64,000 bases of DNA from NCBI GenBank assembly GCA_022703645.1, contig JAKLDG010000001.1, forward strand, positions 274,814-338,813, read 5' to 3'. This document shows, piece by piece, positions 7,754 through 16,511 of this stretch. The stretch is from Patescibacteria group bacterium (GTDB lineage Bacteria; Patescibacteriota; JACPGU01). The notes below the pieces were generated by a model. That model did no database searches and had not been told where the DNA came from. It saw nothing but the letters and a program-made list of their open reading frames with translations. Both the position numbers and the translations under genes were made by a program. Position 1 is the first letter of the stretch. Each line of letters starts with the position of its first letter.

Positions 7754-8602
7754 TTATTTAAAATATTGTGGCACCATCCCTACTTCGGCTAATTTGTTAC
7801 ATTCTATTTCCCACGATTCTTTTTCTTTTTTTGCCATTTCTAAACCCTCCCATAAATCGCTTTTAGAATCTGTGTACAAAAAATTTCTATAAATATTCGA
7901 AAAGGTTGTATGGCGAAAAGATTTTTCTCCATAGGCAACATCTCCTTGATTATCTAAAAATATTTTTTCAATATTATCAACCATCGCGTTCAAACAATGC
8001 AAGAATTCTTGTAGAAAATAAAAAGCATTTCCCATTTTGATTCTTAACTTTTGTTGATAGTCATCAAAATATTCCGGATTAAATGGTCTTGATAGAAATT
8101 GAAAGCAATCCTCCACGCCTTTTGCATCATTTGCAATTCTATCGTAAATTTTTTTTCTAAAATTCGCATCTGATTCATTCTTGGGATCACGATTTTTATC
8201 AATTATTAAAATCGCATCATTAATAATTGGTTCAACATTTTTAACAAAGTAATTTTTAGCCTCGCGCCACTTACCTTCTAATTCTTCTCTTAGTTTTGGA
8301 AATTCCGTTACTTTTATAAATCTAATGTCTTTAGAAGGGGATATGTTAAAGGTAGGATTCTTTATTATAACATCTATTGGTGGAAGCATCCTTGTTAATT
8401 CGTCAATCTTTTCACCTATTTTCTCATCACTAAATTCATTTTTATATTTTTCTAAAAATTTTTCTATATTTTTTATGGTTTTCTCTATAAATTCACTTTT
8501 TTCTGCTCTTTTTTCGACCACATTAATATTATCAACTTTGGGTTGTTCTTCTTTTAGTGGGTTAGTGTTGTCGCCTGTCGGCCATTTTATTGGATCTGTC
8601 AT
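7754..8602 (-). CDS. Hypothetical protein (cassette 7) with the shared MTDPIKWP N-terminal leader
   Basis: ORF 7754..8635 from an upstream TTG inside the repeat module. The ATG at 8602 gives MTDPIKWPTGDNTNP, followed by a Pro/Glu/Lys-rich region. Confidence 0.45.
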   Translation of the reverse strand: MTDPIKWPTGDNTNPLKEEQPKVDNINVVEKRAEKSEFIEKTIKNIEKFLEKYKNEFSDEKIGEKIDELTRMLPPIDVIIKNPTFNISPSKDIRFIKVTEFPKLREELEGKWREAKNYFVKNVEPIINDAILIIDKNRDPKNESDANFRKKIYDRIANDAKGVEDCFQFLSRPFNPEYFDDYQQKLRIKMGNAFYFLQEFLHCLNAMVDNIEKIFLDNQGDVAYGEKSFRHTTFSNIYRNFLYTDSKSDLWEGLEMAKKEKESWEIECNKLAEVGMVPQYFK

Positions 8603-8619
8603 AAGTTTATTTTTTATTA

Positions 8620-9044
8620 ATAAATAGTCCTTCAACTCGTAGCTTTGCTACGCCCCTTTTAAATATAAGAATTCTGTTTTGATTTTATTCAGGTTCAGCA
8701 TAAACATTTAGAAGAAAAAAAGAAAGATACATGTCTGGGTAATGTTTCAGTATATCTGATGTTTCAGCTCGCCACCTTATTCACTTGATAGAGAAAGAGC
8801 AGAAATATGGACCGAGCGAGGGCACGAGCGAGTCAGATATACTGTGTTACCCGACCCGAGCCCTGATACCTTATTTATTATATGCAAAGAAGGGCGAGAG
8901 TGCAACGGGGCAAGCCCCTCAAGGGCGAAGCGTGTATCTTTCTGTTCATTGTTATTAGATTTAATACTTAGAAGAGATTCAAAACAGAATTATTCAATTT
9001 TTGGGCGAGGTCAGAGGGGCAGGGGTGAATGACTGAAGCCCAAA
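8620..9044 (+). repeat. Modular island repeat, copy H (h1 variant 8624-8662; core 8740-8852; tail; GGGG-loop hairpin 8997-9044)
   Basis: Same architecture as copy F and copy E. Confidence 0.85.
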
Positions 9045-9055
9045 ACCTTGATAAT

Positions 9056-9931
9056 TTAATCCTTCTTTTTTGTAAATAAATGCACTGCATTTGGACCAGC
9101 AACACCAAAAATACCTTCATGATGTGTTTTATAACCAGATAGATCAAGAGATTGATGAAGTATAATGCATCCTTCTGGGCTTAGTACTCTATCAATTTCT
9201 TTATTTATAGCCTTAACATATTCTGGGTCTGCATCGTGCATTACACAATCGTCTATACCTGAAGCGTAAATACTAACCGAGTCATCAGGAAGTCTTCTTA
9301 AAAAGGAAAGCATATCTTCATCAGCTACTGAGGCAGGAATCCCGTGAAAATATTCTATCTTCCCTTGTGTATAGTTGCTATTCGTATTGATCAGTTCTGA
9401 TAGTGAGTTCTTTAATTCTGATTTACTTTTGTCTAATGTCTCACTAAGTTGGGAAGAGAAAAATTTATCTACACCGACATATGATTTTGCTCCCAATATG
9501 TCAAGGATGTAGTACGCATCTCTACCGCTCATACCGGCTCCTAGGTCAATTACTATTTGGTTTTTGAGATGTTCCAGCGTAGTCGCAAAGGTTGTGTTTT
9601 GTTCGTTTACTCCTGCATTACGATTTTTAAATTTTTCAATAAGCTCTCCCTCTGTCAAATCCGGATTTGCATTTTTTAAATTAACAAAAAATTTCAAAGG
9701 ATTAATCATCCATCTGAATGCACTATCAGAAAAAGATTGTGGAAGATCGTATCCAGTTTTTTTAAATTCTTTACCAATATCAGTGTTCTGTTCTTTTTCT
9801 TTGATTCCGGGAACTAGCTCTTCAACTGGTCTTAAAATACTTTCTTCTGATTCTTTTTCTACAGTGTTTTCAACTTCAATTTTTGGCTTAGGTGGTTCTG
9901 TATTTGGGTTTGGCCATTTTGGGTCTGTCAT
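9056..9931 (-). CDS. Class I SAM-dependent methyltransferase-like protein (cassette 8) with the shared MTDPKWP leader
   Basis: VIDLGAGMSGRDAYYIL is a motif-I-like sequence. The ATG at 9931 gives MTDPKWPNPNTEPP; the ORF track started at an upstream TTG inside the repeat. Confidence 0.5.
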   Translation of the reverse strand: MTDPKWPNPNTEPPKPKIEVENTVEKESEESILRPVEELVPGIKEKEQNTDIGKEFKKTGYDLPQSFSDSAFRWMINPLKFFVNLKNANPDLTEGELIEKFKNRNAGVNEQNTTFATTLEHLKNQIVIDLGAGMSGRDAYYILDILGAKSYVGVDKFFSSQLSETLDKSKSELKNSLSELINTNSNYTQGKIEYFHGIPASVADEDMLSFLRRLPDDSVSIYASGIDDCVMHDADPEYVKAINKEIDRVLSPEGCIILHQSLDLSGYKTHHEGIFGVAGPNAVHLFTKKKD

Positions 9932-9944
9932 AGATTTATTTTTT

Positions 9945-10310
9945 ACTATTAAATAGTCCTTCAACTCGTAGCTTTGCTACGCCCCTCTTAAATATAAAGA
10001 ATTCTGTTTTGAATTTCGTTAAGCTCAGTACAAGCGTTTAGAAGTAAAAAAGAAAGATACATGTTGGGTAATGTCTCATAGTATCTGATGTTGCTGATTA
10101 TTTCTACCTTGATTATATTATACAGAAGAAAAATCAGCAATATGGGTTGAGGGGCGAGCCGAGCCCCGAACCAGATACTATGTGTTAGGCGAGGGTTCAT
10201 TTCCCCTTCATTATTAGATTAAATATAAAAAGGAAATGAAAGCGCAGCGCCCCCTTGAGTTTCAAAAAACAAACTTCACCTCTATTTAAGAGCTCTTTTG
10301 GGATTTTTTG
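9945..10310 (+). repeat. Modular island repeat, copy I (h1 variant 9948-9986; core 10070-10190; reversed AAGAGCTCTT module 10240-10310)
   Basis: Core stem catagtatctg/cagatactatg, another compensatory variant. Confidence 0.85.
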
Positions 10311-10318
10311 GCTACCTA

Positions 10319-10347
10319 TTGACATTTTTTGGGAAATATGATAAGAT
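10319..10347 (+). promoter_or_regulatory. Sigma70-like promoter for cassette 9 (TTGACA-17-TAAGAT)
   Basis: ttgacattttttgggaaatatgataagat upstream of an aaaggag RBS. Confidence 0.5.
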
Positions 10348-10397
10348 TAATTATCGGTTTTTGCGGATATATAATCCAATAGAAAGGAGTAAAATCG

Positions 10398-10790
10398 ATG
10401 ATCTTTAAGAACTTACAATTGGAAACAGGCGACTTTGTTGCGTTTCAAACAGAGGCTGTTCCGCTTCCGGAAGTTCAGGCGGCTGTCATCGGTATTGAGG
10501 ATGGCGTACTCGAAGTCATGAGTACCTTGCTCGCACCATTCCAGCACAACGGGAAATTTACAGAAGACGAGGTAGGCCAAATCATGGTCGTCTATCCATC
10601 AGCGATTGCCATTCCTCGGGAGTCTCGAGGCAAAAACTTCTCTAAACACCAAGGTGTATCCGTCATCATCAAGGGCGGAGAGGAACATCGGGGTGAAGTT
10701 GTTGCTGCGTTCGACGGTATCGTCGTGGCACGCAGAAGCGATGGTGAGCTGATCACCGGCGGAGCTTCGCATTTCAATGCTGTTGCCTAA
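10398..10790 (+). CDS. Hypothetical protein, 130 aa (cassette 9; ~50% GC)
   Basis: ATG with RBS. GC is well above the flanks. A terminator follows at about 10815-10846. Confidence 0.5.
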   Translation: MIFKNLQLETGDFVAFQTEAVPLPEVQAAVIGIEDGVLEVMSTLLAPFQHNGKFTEDEVGQIMVVYPSAIAIPRESRGKNFSKHQGVSVIIKGGEEHRGEVVAAFDGIVVARRSDGELITGGASHFNAVA

Positions 10791-10842
10791 GAATCGACAG
10801 CAAGTCCTGCTAATTGAGCGCACGACCTACGGGTACGGCGCT

Positions 10843-11135
10843 TTTTTCTTCCCTAAAAATCCCAAAAGAGCTCTAATTAAAATATAAAAAAGTTTGTTTT
10901 TTGAAATTTCGCCTAACGTTTCGGCATATCTGATGTTTGCCGTAGCGTAGCGAAGGCAAATATGGGTGGAGGCTTTTGTATAAAAGCCGTAACCAGATAT
11001 GCCGTGTTATGTGATGTGCATGTTTTACTTTAATCCTGATAGCAATCGGGATTGCTCTAAAAAAGAATTTTAATTTTGTTTTTTTGTTTTGGATTTTGGG
11101 CAGAGGGGTTAGGGGTGAATGCCCAAAATCCAAAA
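10843..11135 (+). repeat. Modular island repeat, copy J (forward AAGAGCTCT module 10843-10918; core 10915-11012; GGGG-loop hairpin 11089-11129)
   Basis: Core stem cggcatatctg/cagatatgccg. The perfect hairpin is ggattttgggc-agaggggttaggggtgaa-tgcccaaaatcc. Confidence 0.85.
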
Positions 11136-11139
11136 CTCC

Positions 11140-11547
11140 TTATTCTGCTAATAATTTAAACACTAAGCTAAATATTTTTGGTGAAAAATCTTTATAAATT
11201 AACTCTCTCGTCTCGTCCTCACCAAATGACCAAAATTTACCATTAATTTCTAAACCAGTAGGATAATGACTCTCGTGAAATAATTTATTTCTTATTTCTC
11301 TTAAAGATTCTAAAAATTTAAGTTCCGCGTCATCAATTAAATCCTTTTCTTTAGCTTCTGTAATTATTCTATGAAAATTGCCGTCAATTTTATTGACAGA
11401 AAATTTTATAATCTGTTCTGACAAAACAAATAGACAAGCAAGCGCAGAAAAGTAATTTTCTTGTTCATAAGAATTTTGTGCCTCGAAACATAATTTCCCA
11501 AAAATATGGTCTCTTTCATTTATTTTTGCAATTATATCGGTATTCAT
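11140..11547 (-). CDS. Hypothetical protein, 135 aa, co-oriented with and abutting the C5-methyltransferase gene
   Basis: ORF only. Its stop is 2 nt from the methyltransferase start. Confidence 0.4.
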   Translation of the reverse strand: MNTDIIAKINERDHIFGKLCFEAQNSYEQENYFSALACLFVLSEQIIKFSVNKIDGNFHRIITEAKEKDLIDDAELKFLESLREIRNKLFHESHYPTGLEINGKFWSFGEDETRELIYKDFSPKIFSLVFKLLAE

Positions 11548-11549
11548 GT

Positions 11550-12527
11550 TTATTTCAAATCAGCCATTATTTTTTTTGCTAAATGGTGGGCAAAATTTAC
11601 TGCGACAGCATTTCCAATCATTTTATATCCGTCGGCAATATCACGATATTTAAAAATAAAATTATCAGGGAATGTTTGAATCCTTGCACATTCACGAACA
11701 GACAAGCGACGATATAAATGTTCTTTTCCGGGAACAAAAATTCTTTTATTTTGACTGATAAATTTCATTTTCGGAGCTTGGGGATGAATTGGAGCATGGC
11801 GACCACCGGCTTGAATGGTAAAAGAAGGTTCATCCCATGAGCGAACACGATTTCGCGACATATAAATTGAAGAAAAACCGCCATTCATGTATTCGTGATT
11901 TGGAATTTTTAACACATCGCCATTTGTCTTATTTTTATCTAACGCAGGTTTTGCTAAACGCAAATCATAAATAGCGTCTTTCAATACTGGTTTATATTTT
12001 TGCGGTTCTGGAAATTCAAATTTTTTCTTTAGTTTTTTATTATATCCAACAATAATGACACGCAATCTATCTTCAGGAACATCATAATCATTTGCATTTA
12101 ATAATTTGCAGGAAATTTCATATCCAGCATTTTCAAATTCTTTTATTATATTTGAAAAAGCCTCTTTGTGTTTAGGGTGAAGAATACCCGATACATTTTC
12201 TGCAAGAAAAAATTTTGGTTGTTTTTCCTTTAATAAACGAATGTAATCATAAAATAATTTTCCTCTTTTATCATTTATTCCACGTCCAGCCCCAGCCTCG
12301 CTCCAACTTTGACAAGGTGGTCCGCCAATGATTCCGTCAACATCGGGAATTTCAGAAGCAGGGACGTCGACAATACTTCTTTTATCAAGTTTTGTTTTTG
12401 GAAAATTGTGTTCAAAAGTTTCCCAAATTGTGGGGTCATATTCATTTGCCCAGACGACATGAAAACCAGCTTTTTCAAAGCCTAAATCAAGTCCTCCTGC
12501 ACCTGTAAACAATGAAGCTATTTTCAT
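11550..12527 (-). CDS. DNA (cytosine-5)-methyltransferase
   Basis: Motif I FTGAGGLDLGF, motif IV GGPPCQSWS, ENV. Confidence 0.9.
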   Translation of the reverse strand: MKIASLFTGAGGLDLGFEKAGFHVVWANEYDPTIWETFEHNFPKTKLDKRSIVDVPASEIPDVDGIIGGPPCQSWSEAGAGRGINDKRGKLFYDYIRLLKEKQPKFFLAENVSGILHPKHKEAFSNIIKEFENAGYEISCKLLNANDYDVPEDRLRVIIVGYNKKLKKKFEFPEPQKYKPVLKDAIYDLRLAKPALDKNKTNGDVLKIPNHEYMNGGFSSIYMSRNRVRSWDEPSFTIQAGGRHAPIHPQAPKMKFISQNKRIFVPGKEHLYRRLSVRECARIQTFPDNFIFKYRDIADGYKMIGNAVAVNFAHHLAKKIMADLK

Positions 12528-12529
12528 AA

Positions 12530-13534
12530 TTATTCGTGACTAATATTTAGTGTGTTTTTAAATAATTTTTTCGGCGATTTCAAAAGATTTATATCAAATT
12601 TCAAAGACGATTCAACCCTAGAACTTGCATTATGAATACGAAAAGAAAGAGTCCAATCATTATTCATGGTTACTATTGCCGTTGTTTGGCTATCGGTTTT
12701 GAAACAAATATCAACAATTTCTGTTGGCAATGGAACTTTTGGTGTTTTGTATTTTGGAAGAATGTCGTTAAAAGGCAAATTTAATGTTCCATTCAAATTG
12801 TATGCGTGTATTTCTACACTATTTTTGCCTTTAATAACTTTGTAAAAATCTTTATTTCCAACGAGGTATGCAACTAGATTAGACGCTACTTTTTTAGAAT
12901 CTTTTTTGTATAGATTTTTCAGTTCTTTAATAAAGGCTTTTAAAATTGGAATATAGATTGATGAATGATAATCACCAAGCTCACTCCACTTTTTCTTTGC
13001 ACCGCTTTCTTTTCTAATTTTCTCTAAATTGTTAAAAATAGGTGTTACTGTTTCAAAATATTCTTTTGATGTTTTTATTCCAAGCCACTTTTCACCAAAA
13101 TCAATATTTGAAGATAGTCGGGAATGCTTTACTGCATGATGATTGTTTTTGGCCGATACTCCAATTTCCCATTTTTGCAACAAACGAATTGCTAAAACAT
13201 CTCTAACATCGCCTGATTTTCCATGTTGATCGGATAAAATTTCAAGTTGCAGAATATCATCTTTACCAACATCATTTGTGAGGCGTGGCTCTATATCCAT
13301 TAGAAAATTAACCGCAAAACTAGCGGTGAGTAAATAATCACTTTTTTCTGTTTCGCTCACATTTTCAAAACATCCTTTTGCAATTTCAAAAGAAGAATTT
13401 TTGATAACTTCAAGATTTGTTTTATCTTTCAATTTTTCTTCAAATTGAACAAGTAAAGCATATTCAAAAGATTTTCCAGTTGTCATTTGTCTTGATGCAG
13501 TAGTAGTCATATTTTTATTATTACATTTTTCCAT
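12530..13534 (-). CDS. Putative cognate Type II restriction endonuclease
   Basis: 334-aa ORF directly upstream of and co-oriented with the C5-methyltransferase gene. I recognise no motif, so the call rests on context only. Confidence 0.35.
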   Translation of the reverse strand: MEKCNNKNMTTTASRQMTTGKSFEYALLVQFEEKLKDKTNLEVIKNSSFEIAKGCFENVSETEKSDYLLTASFAVNFLMDIEPRLTNDVGKDDILQLEILSDQHGKSGDVRDVLAIRLLQKWEIGVSAKNNHHAVKHSRLSSNIDFGEKWLGIKTSKEYFETVTPIFNNLEKIRKESGAKKKWSELGDYHSSIYIPILKAFIKELKNLYKKDSKKVASNLVAYLVGNKDFYKVIKGKNSVEIHAYNLNGTLNLPFNDILPKYKTPKVPLPTEIVDICFKTDSQTTAIVTMNNDWTLSFRIHNASSRVESSLKFDINLLKSPKKLFKNTLNISHE

Positions 13535-13662
13535 TTAAAAATAAATCGTTTTCGTAGCGGAGCGGAGAAAACACCTTATACCCCTTTCTAATTAATAAAA
13601 AACAAAATTTAAATTCTTTTTTAGAGCTGGGCGATAGCCCAAAAGTAAAACATGCATTTCAC

Positions 13663-13709
13663 ATAACTCGTTTTTATCTGAATATATTTCAGATAAAAAC
13701 GAGTTACGG
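13663..13709. promoter_or_regulatory. Perfect 19-bp-arm palindrome in the divergent region between the REase and recombinase genes
   Basis: taactcgtttttatctgaa-tatat-ttcagataaaaacgagtta. It contains the ATCTGA/TCAGAT boxes also present in the repeat cores. Confidence 0.5.
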
Positions 13710-13783
13710 TAGTTTATGCGGTTATTGTGTACATTCTTCAACATCTTTGATATTATCGATTTAATATTATCATTTTTTATTAT

Positions 13784-14605
13784 ATGCAACAATACTTAGA
13801 TAGATTGTCGCAGGAATTACGATTAAGAAATTATAGTAACAGCACGGTCGAAAGTTACCTGACGTGCGTGAAATATTATTTTTATTTTGTGGAAAGAAAT
13901 GGCGCAAGAATTGAAGATGGTGATCAGGATATTCTCAAATCATTTCTTCTTGATAAACATAACAAAGGGTCCTCATCACAAACGATCAATCTTTATCTCA
14001 ATGCGATAAAGTTTTTTTATCGGGAAATCATGAAATCACCACAAAGTATCGATATTAGATTTGCCAAGAAATCAAATAAGCTGCCGGTAGTCCTCTCGCA
14101 TGATGAGATTGAAAGAATTATTGAAGTAACAAAAAATTCAAAGCATCGGCTCATTATTTCGCTGAGCTATGGCGCAGGGTTGAGAGTGAGCGAAATCATA
14201 AGTTTAAAAGTTAAAGACTTGGATTTGGATAGCTTAACGATTCACCTAAAAAATGCGAAGGGGAAAAAGGACAGAATTACGGTTTTGCCGGTAAAATTAG
14301 TTAATTCTTTGCGCAATGCGGTTGCGGGCAAGGATATTGATGATCTGGTTTTTGAAAGCGAGAGAGGCGGGGGATTGACCGATCGGACTGCACAGGTCAT
14401 TTTCAACAATGGGTTGAGGAGAGCGGGAATCAAAAAAGAAGCGACATTCCACTCGCTTCGCCATTCGTTCGCTACACATCTGCTTGAAAACGGTACAGAC
14501 ATTCGTTACATTCAAGAATTGCTTGGACATCAAAATATTCGAACGACTCAAATTTATACAAAAGTGACAAACCCGGCGGTACGCAATATAAAAAGCCCGC
14601 TGTAA
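13784..14605 (+). CDS. Tyrosine site-specific recombinase (XerC/D-like phage-integrase family)
   Basis: AGLRVSE (catalytic Arg), HSLRHSFATHLL (H-x-x-R), LGHQNIRTTQIYTKV (nucleophilic Tyr). At 273 aa it is shorter than classical IntI. Confidence 0.85.
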   Translation: MQQYLDRLSQELRLRNYSNSTVESYLTCVKYYFYFVERNGARIEDGDQDILKSFLLDKHNKGSSSQTINLYLNAIKFFYREIMKSPQSIDIRFAKKSNKLPVVLSHDEIERIIEVTKNSKHRLIISLSYGAGLRVSEIISLKVKDLDLDSLTIHLKNAKGKKDRITVLPVKLVNSLRNAVAGKDIDDLVFESERGGGLTDRTAQVIFNNGLRRAGIKKEATFHSLRHSFATHLLENGTDIRYIQELLGHQNIRTTQIYTKVTNPAVRNIKSPL

Positions 14606-14624
14606 ATTTCATTTATCTTATAAA

Positions 14625-15152
14625 ATGCAAAACGAAAATAAAAATAGAAAATCAATCCGTTTAAAAGAATATGATTATTCTGAACCAGGAGATTATTTTG
14701 TTACAATTTGCACACAGAATCGAGAATGTTTGTTTGGGGAGATTGTAGACGGTAAGATGATTTTAAATGAAATGGGATTAATAGTTAATGATTGTTGGAA
14801 TGATTTAGAAAATCATTACCCGGGAATTTATTTGGATATATTTACAATCATGCCGAACCATATTCATTTTATATTAACAATATTGTGCGATGATCATATT
14901 GTAGGGGCGGGTTTGAAACCCGCCCCTACGGGGAAGCGATATCAATTGTTCGAGATAATTCGTGGGTTCAAAACATTCTCTGCAAGAAAAATAAATAAAA
15001 TGAAAAATACATCTGGTAATCCTGTTTGGCAACGCAACTATTACGAACACATCGTTCGCAACGAACAATCTTACGATGAAATTTATTCTTACATAGAGTC
15101 TAATTCTCAAACCTGGGATCGGGATAGGAATAATCCAAAAAATATGATATAA
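14625..15152 (+). CDS. IS200/IS605-family HUH transposase-like protein (RAYT/TnpA-REP-like)
   Basis: 175 aa with an HUH motif in IMPNHIHFIL. It contains an in-frame REP-like palindrome at 14901-14929. Confidence 0.65.
   Translation: MQNENKNRKSIRLKEYDYSEPGDYFVTICTQNRECLFGEIVDGKMILNEMGLIVNDCWNDLENHYPGIYLDIFTIMPNHIHFILTILCDDHIVGAGLKPAPTGKRYQLFEIIRGFKTFSARKINKMKNTSGNPVWQRNYYEHIVRNEQSYDEIYSYIESNSQTWDRDRNNPKNMI
14901..14929. repeat. REP-like palindrome GTAGGGGCGGGTTTGAAACCCGCCCCTAC inside the transposase ORF
   Basis: Perfect 13-bp arms. The same GTAGGGGCG head occurs at three operon-end hairpins. Confidence 0.7.
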
Positions 15153-15194
15153 TAAATTCATAATTCTAAATTCTAGATTCATAATTCAAACACG

Positions 15195-16457
15195 ATGTTT
15201 TACGATGAAGCGAAAATAAAAATTAAAGCGGGAGATGGAGGCAACGGTGTTGTCTCGTTTTTCCGTACAAAAGGTATTACTCATGGAGGACCGGATGGAG
15301 GAGACGGCGGAAATGGCGGGGATATTTATCTTGAGTCAACAAATAGCGAAAATACGCTTTCTGACTATATTCATCAAAAAGAATTTGAAGCGCCGAACGG
15401 TGAGCCCGGGAGCAAGCAAAGATGTCATGGTAAAGAAGGCGATGATATAATTCTGAAGGTTCCTGTCGGAACGGTGGTTTTCAAATTATTGGACGATAAA
15501 GAAGTTTTTCTTTTTGACTTAAATAAAGCGGGCGTCAAAGTTCTATTAGCCAAAGGCGGTAAAGGGGGATTCGGAAACGCGCATTTTACTTCTTCGACTC
15601 GCCAATCGCCAAAATTCGCCGAGCTTGGCAGCCCGGGAGAGGAATTTGCGATCAGGCTTGAATTGCAATTAATCGCAGATGTGGGACTAGTAGGATTTCC
15701 CAATTGCGGGAAATCAACATTACTTGCTCGTGTTACTTCAGCCAGACCAAAGATTGCGAATTATCCATTTACTACTATTGTTCCAAATCTTGGCGTGGTT
15801 GTGCGCGGTAAATCATCACTCGTATTAGCTGATATTCCAGGTTTGATCGAAGGTGCCAGCCAGGGTAAAGGATTGGGACACGAATTTCTACGCCATATAA
15901 AAAGAACGCGCTTGATCGTTCACATCATAGATGGATTGGAAGATGATTGGGCGGCCAGATACAAAGAGATAAAGAAGGAGCTTGGACAATTCGATAAAAC
16001 GATTTTGGATAAAAAAGAGCTCGTTGCGATAAATAAAATCGATGCGATTAGCAAAGAAGAAATTAAGGAGAAATTAAAGAAAATCAAGAAATTAAAATTA
16101 AAAAAGATTTATCTTATTTCAGCGGTGAGCGGCGAGGGAGTCAAAGAATTATTTGATGATGTATTTGAAATTGCTTCAAAAACTCCTGTTCCAAAATATG
16201 AAGTCGATCAGGAAAAAGTATTCACCTTTGAGGATATCGATCCGAACTTCTTTGAGGTAAGAAAAGTTAAATCCGGTTTCCGCGTATATTGTAAAAAACT
16301 GGATTATATCGCTACCCGAACCAATTTTGACAACGATGAAGCGGTTGAAAGACTTCGAGATGTTATGAAGAAACTTGGAATTGCAAAAGCCATGGAGAAG
16401 CAAGGAATAAATCTAGGCGATGTAGTGTGGATAGGGGAAAAGAAAATTGAATGGTAA
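15195..16457 (+). CDS. obg: GTPase Obg
   Basis: N-terminal Obg fold MFYDEAKIKIKAGDGGNGVVSFFR and a G domain GFPNCGKSTLL. Confidence 0.9.
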   Translation: MFYDEAKIKIKAGDGGNGVVSFFRTKGITHGGPDGGDGGNGGDIYLESTNSENTLSDYIHQKEFEAPNGEPGSKQRCHGKEGDDIILKVPVGTVVFKLLDDKEVFLFDLNKAGVKVLLAKGGKGGFGNAHFTSSTRQSPKFAELGSPGEEFAIRLELQLIADVGLVGFPNCGKSTLLARVTSARPKIANYPFTTIVPNLGVVVRGKSSLVLADIPGLIEGASQGKGLGHEFLRHIKRTRLIVHIIDGLEDDWAARYKEIKKELGQFDKTILDKKELVAINKIDAISKEEIKEKLKKIKKLKLKKIYLISAVSGEGVKELFDDVFEIASKTPVPKYEVDQEKVFTFEDIDPNFFEVRKVKSGFRVYCKKLDYIATRTNFDNDEAVERLRDVMKKLGIAKAMEKQGINLGDVVWIGEKKIEW

Positions 16458-16482
16458 AAAAGCCATATTATTTATATTATAC

Positions 16483-16511
16483 TTGACATAATATTTATTG
16501 TGTGATAAAAT
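16483..16511 (+). promoter_or_regulatory. Sigma70-like promoter (TTGACA-17-TAAAAT) upstream of the rSAM operon leader
   Basis: ttgacataatatttattgtgtgataaaat. Confidence 0.55.

Noticed and set aside
1250-11012. A CRISPR array as the explanation for the regularly spaced repeats.
   Set aside because: Units are about 110-450 bp, not 25-40 bp. They are separated by ~1-kb gene-containing segments rather than short spacers. The copies differ by structured covariation rather than being near-identical. There are no cas genes.
1250-11012. Canonical integron attC sites.
   Set aside because: Only 4 of 10 copies have a GTTRRRY-like box (GTTAGGC/GTTGGGC) after the 3' arm. There is no RYYYAAC inverse core at the 5' end. 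The fold is a three-way junction of about 110 nt, not the R''-L''/L'-R' bulged hairpin. The nearby recombinase is not IntI-sized. I kept it as a loose analogy only.
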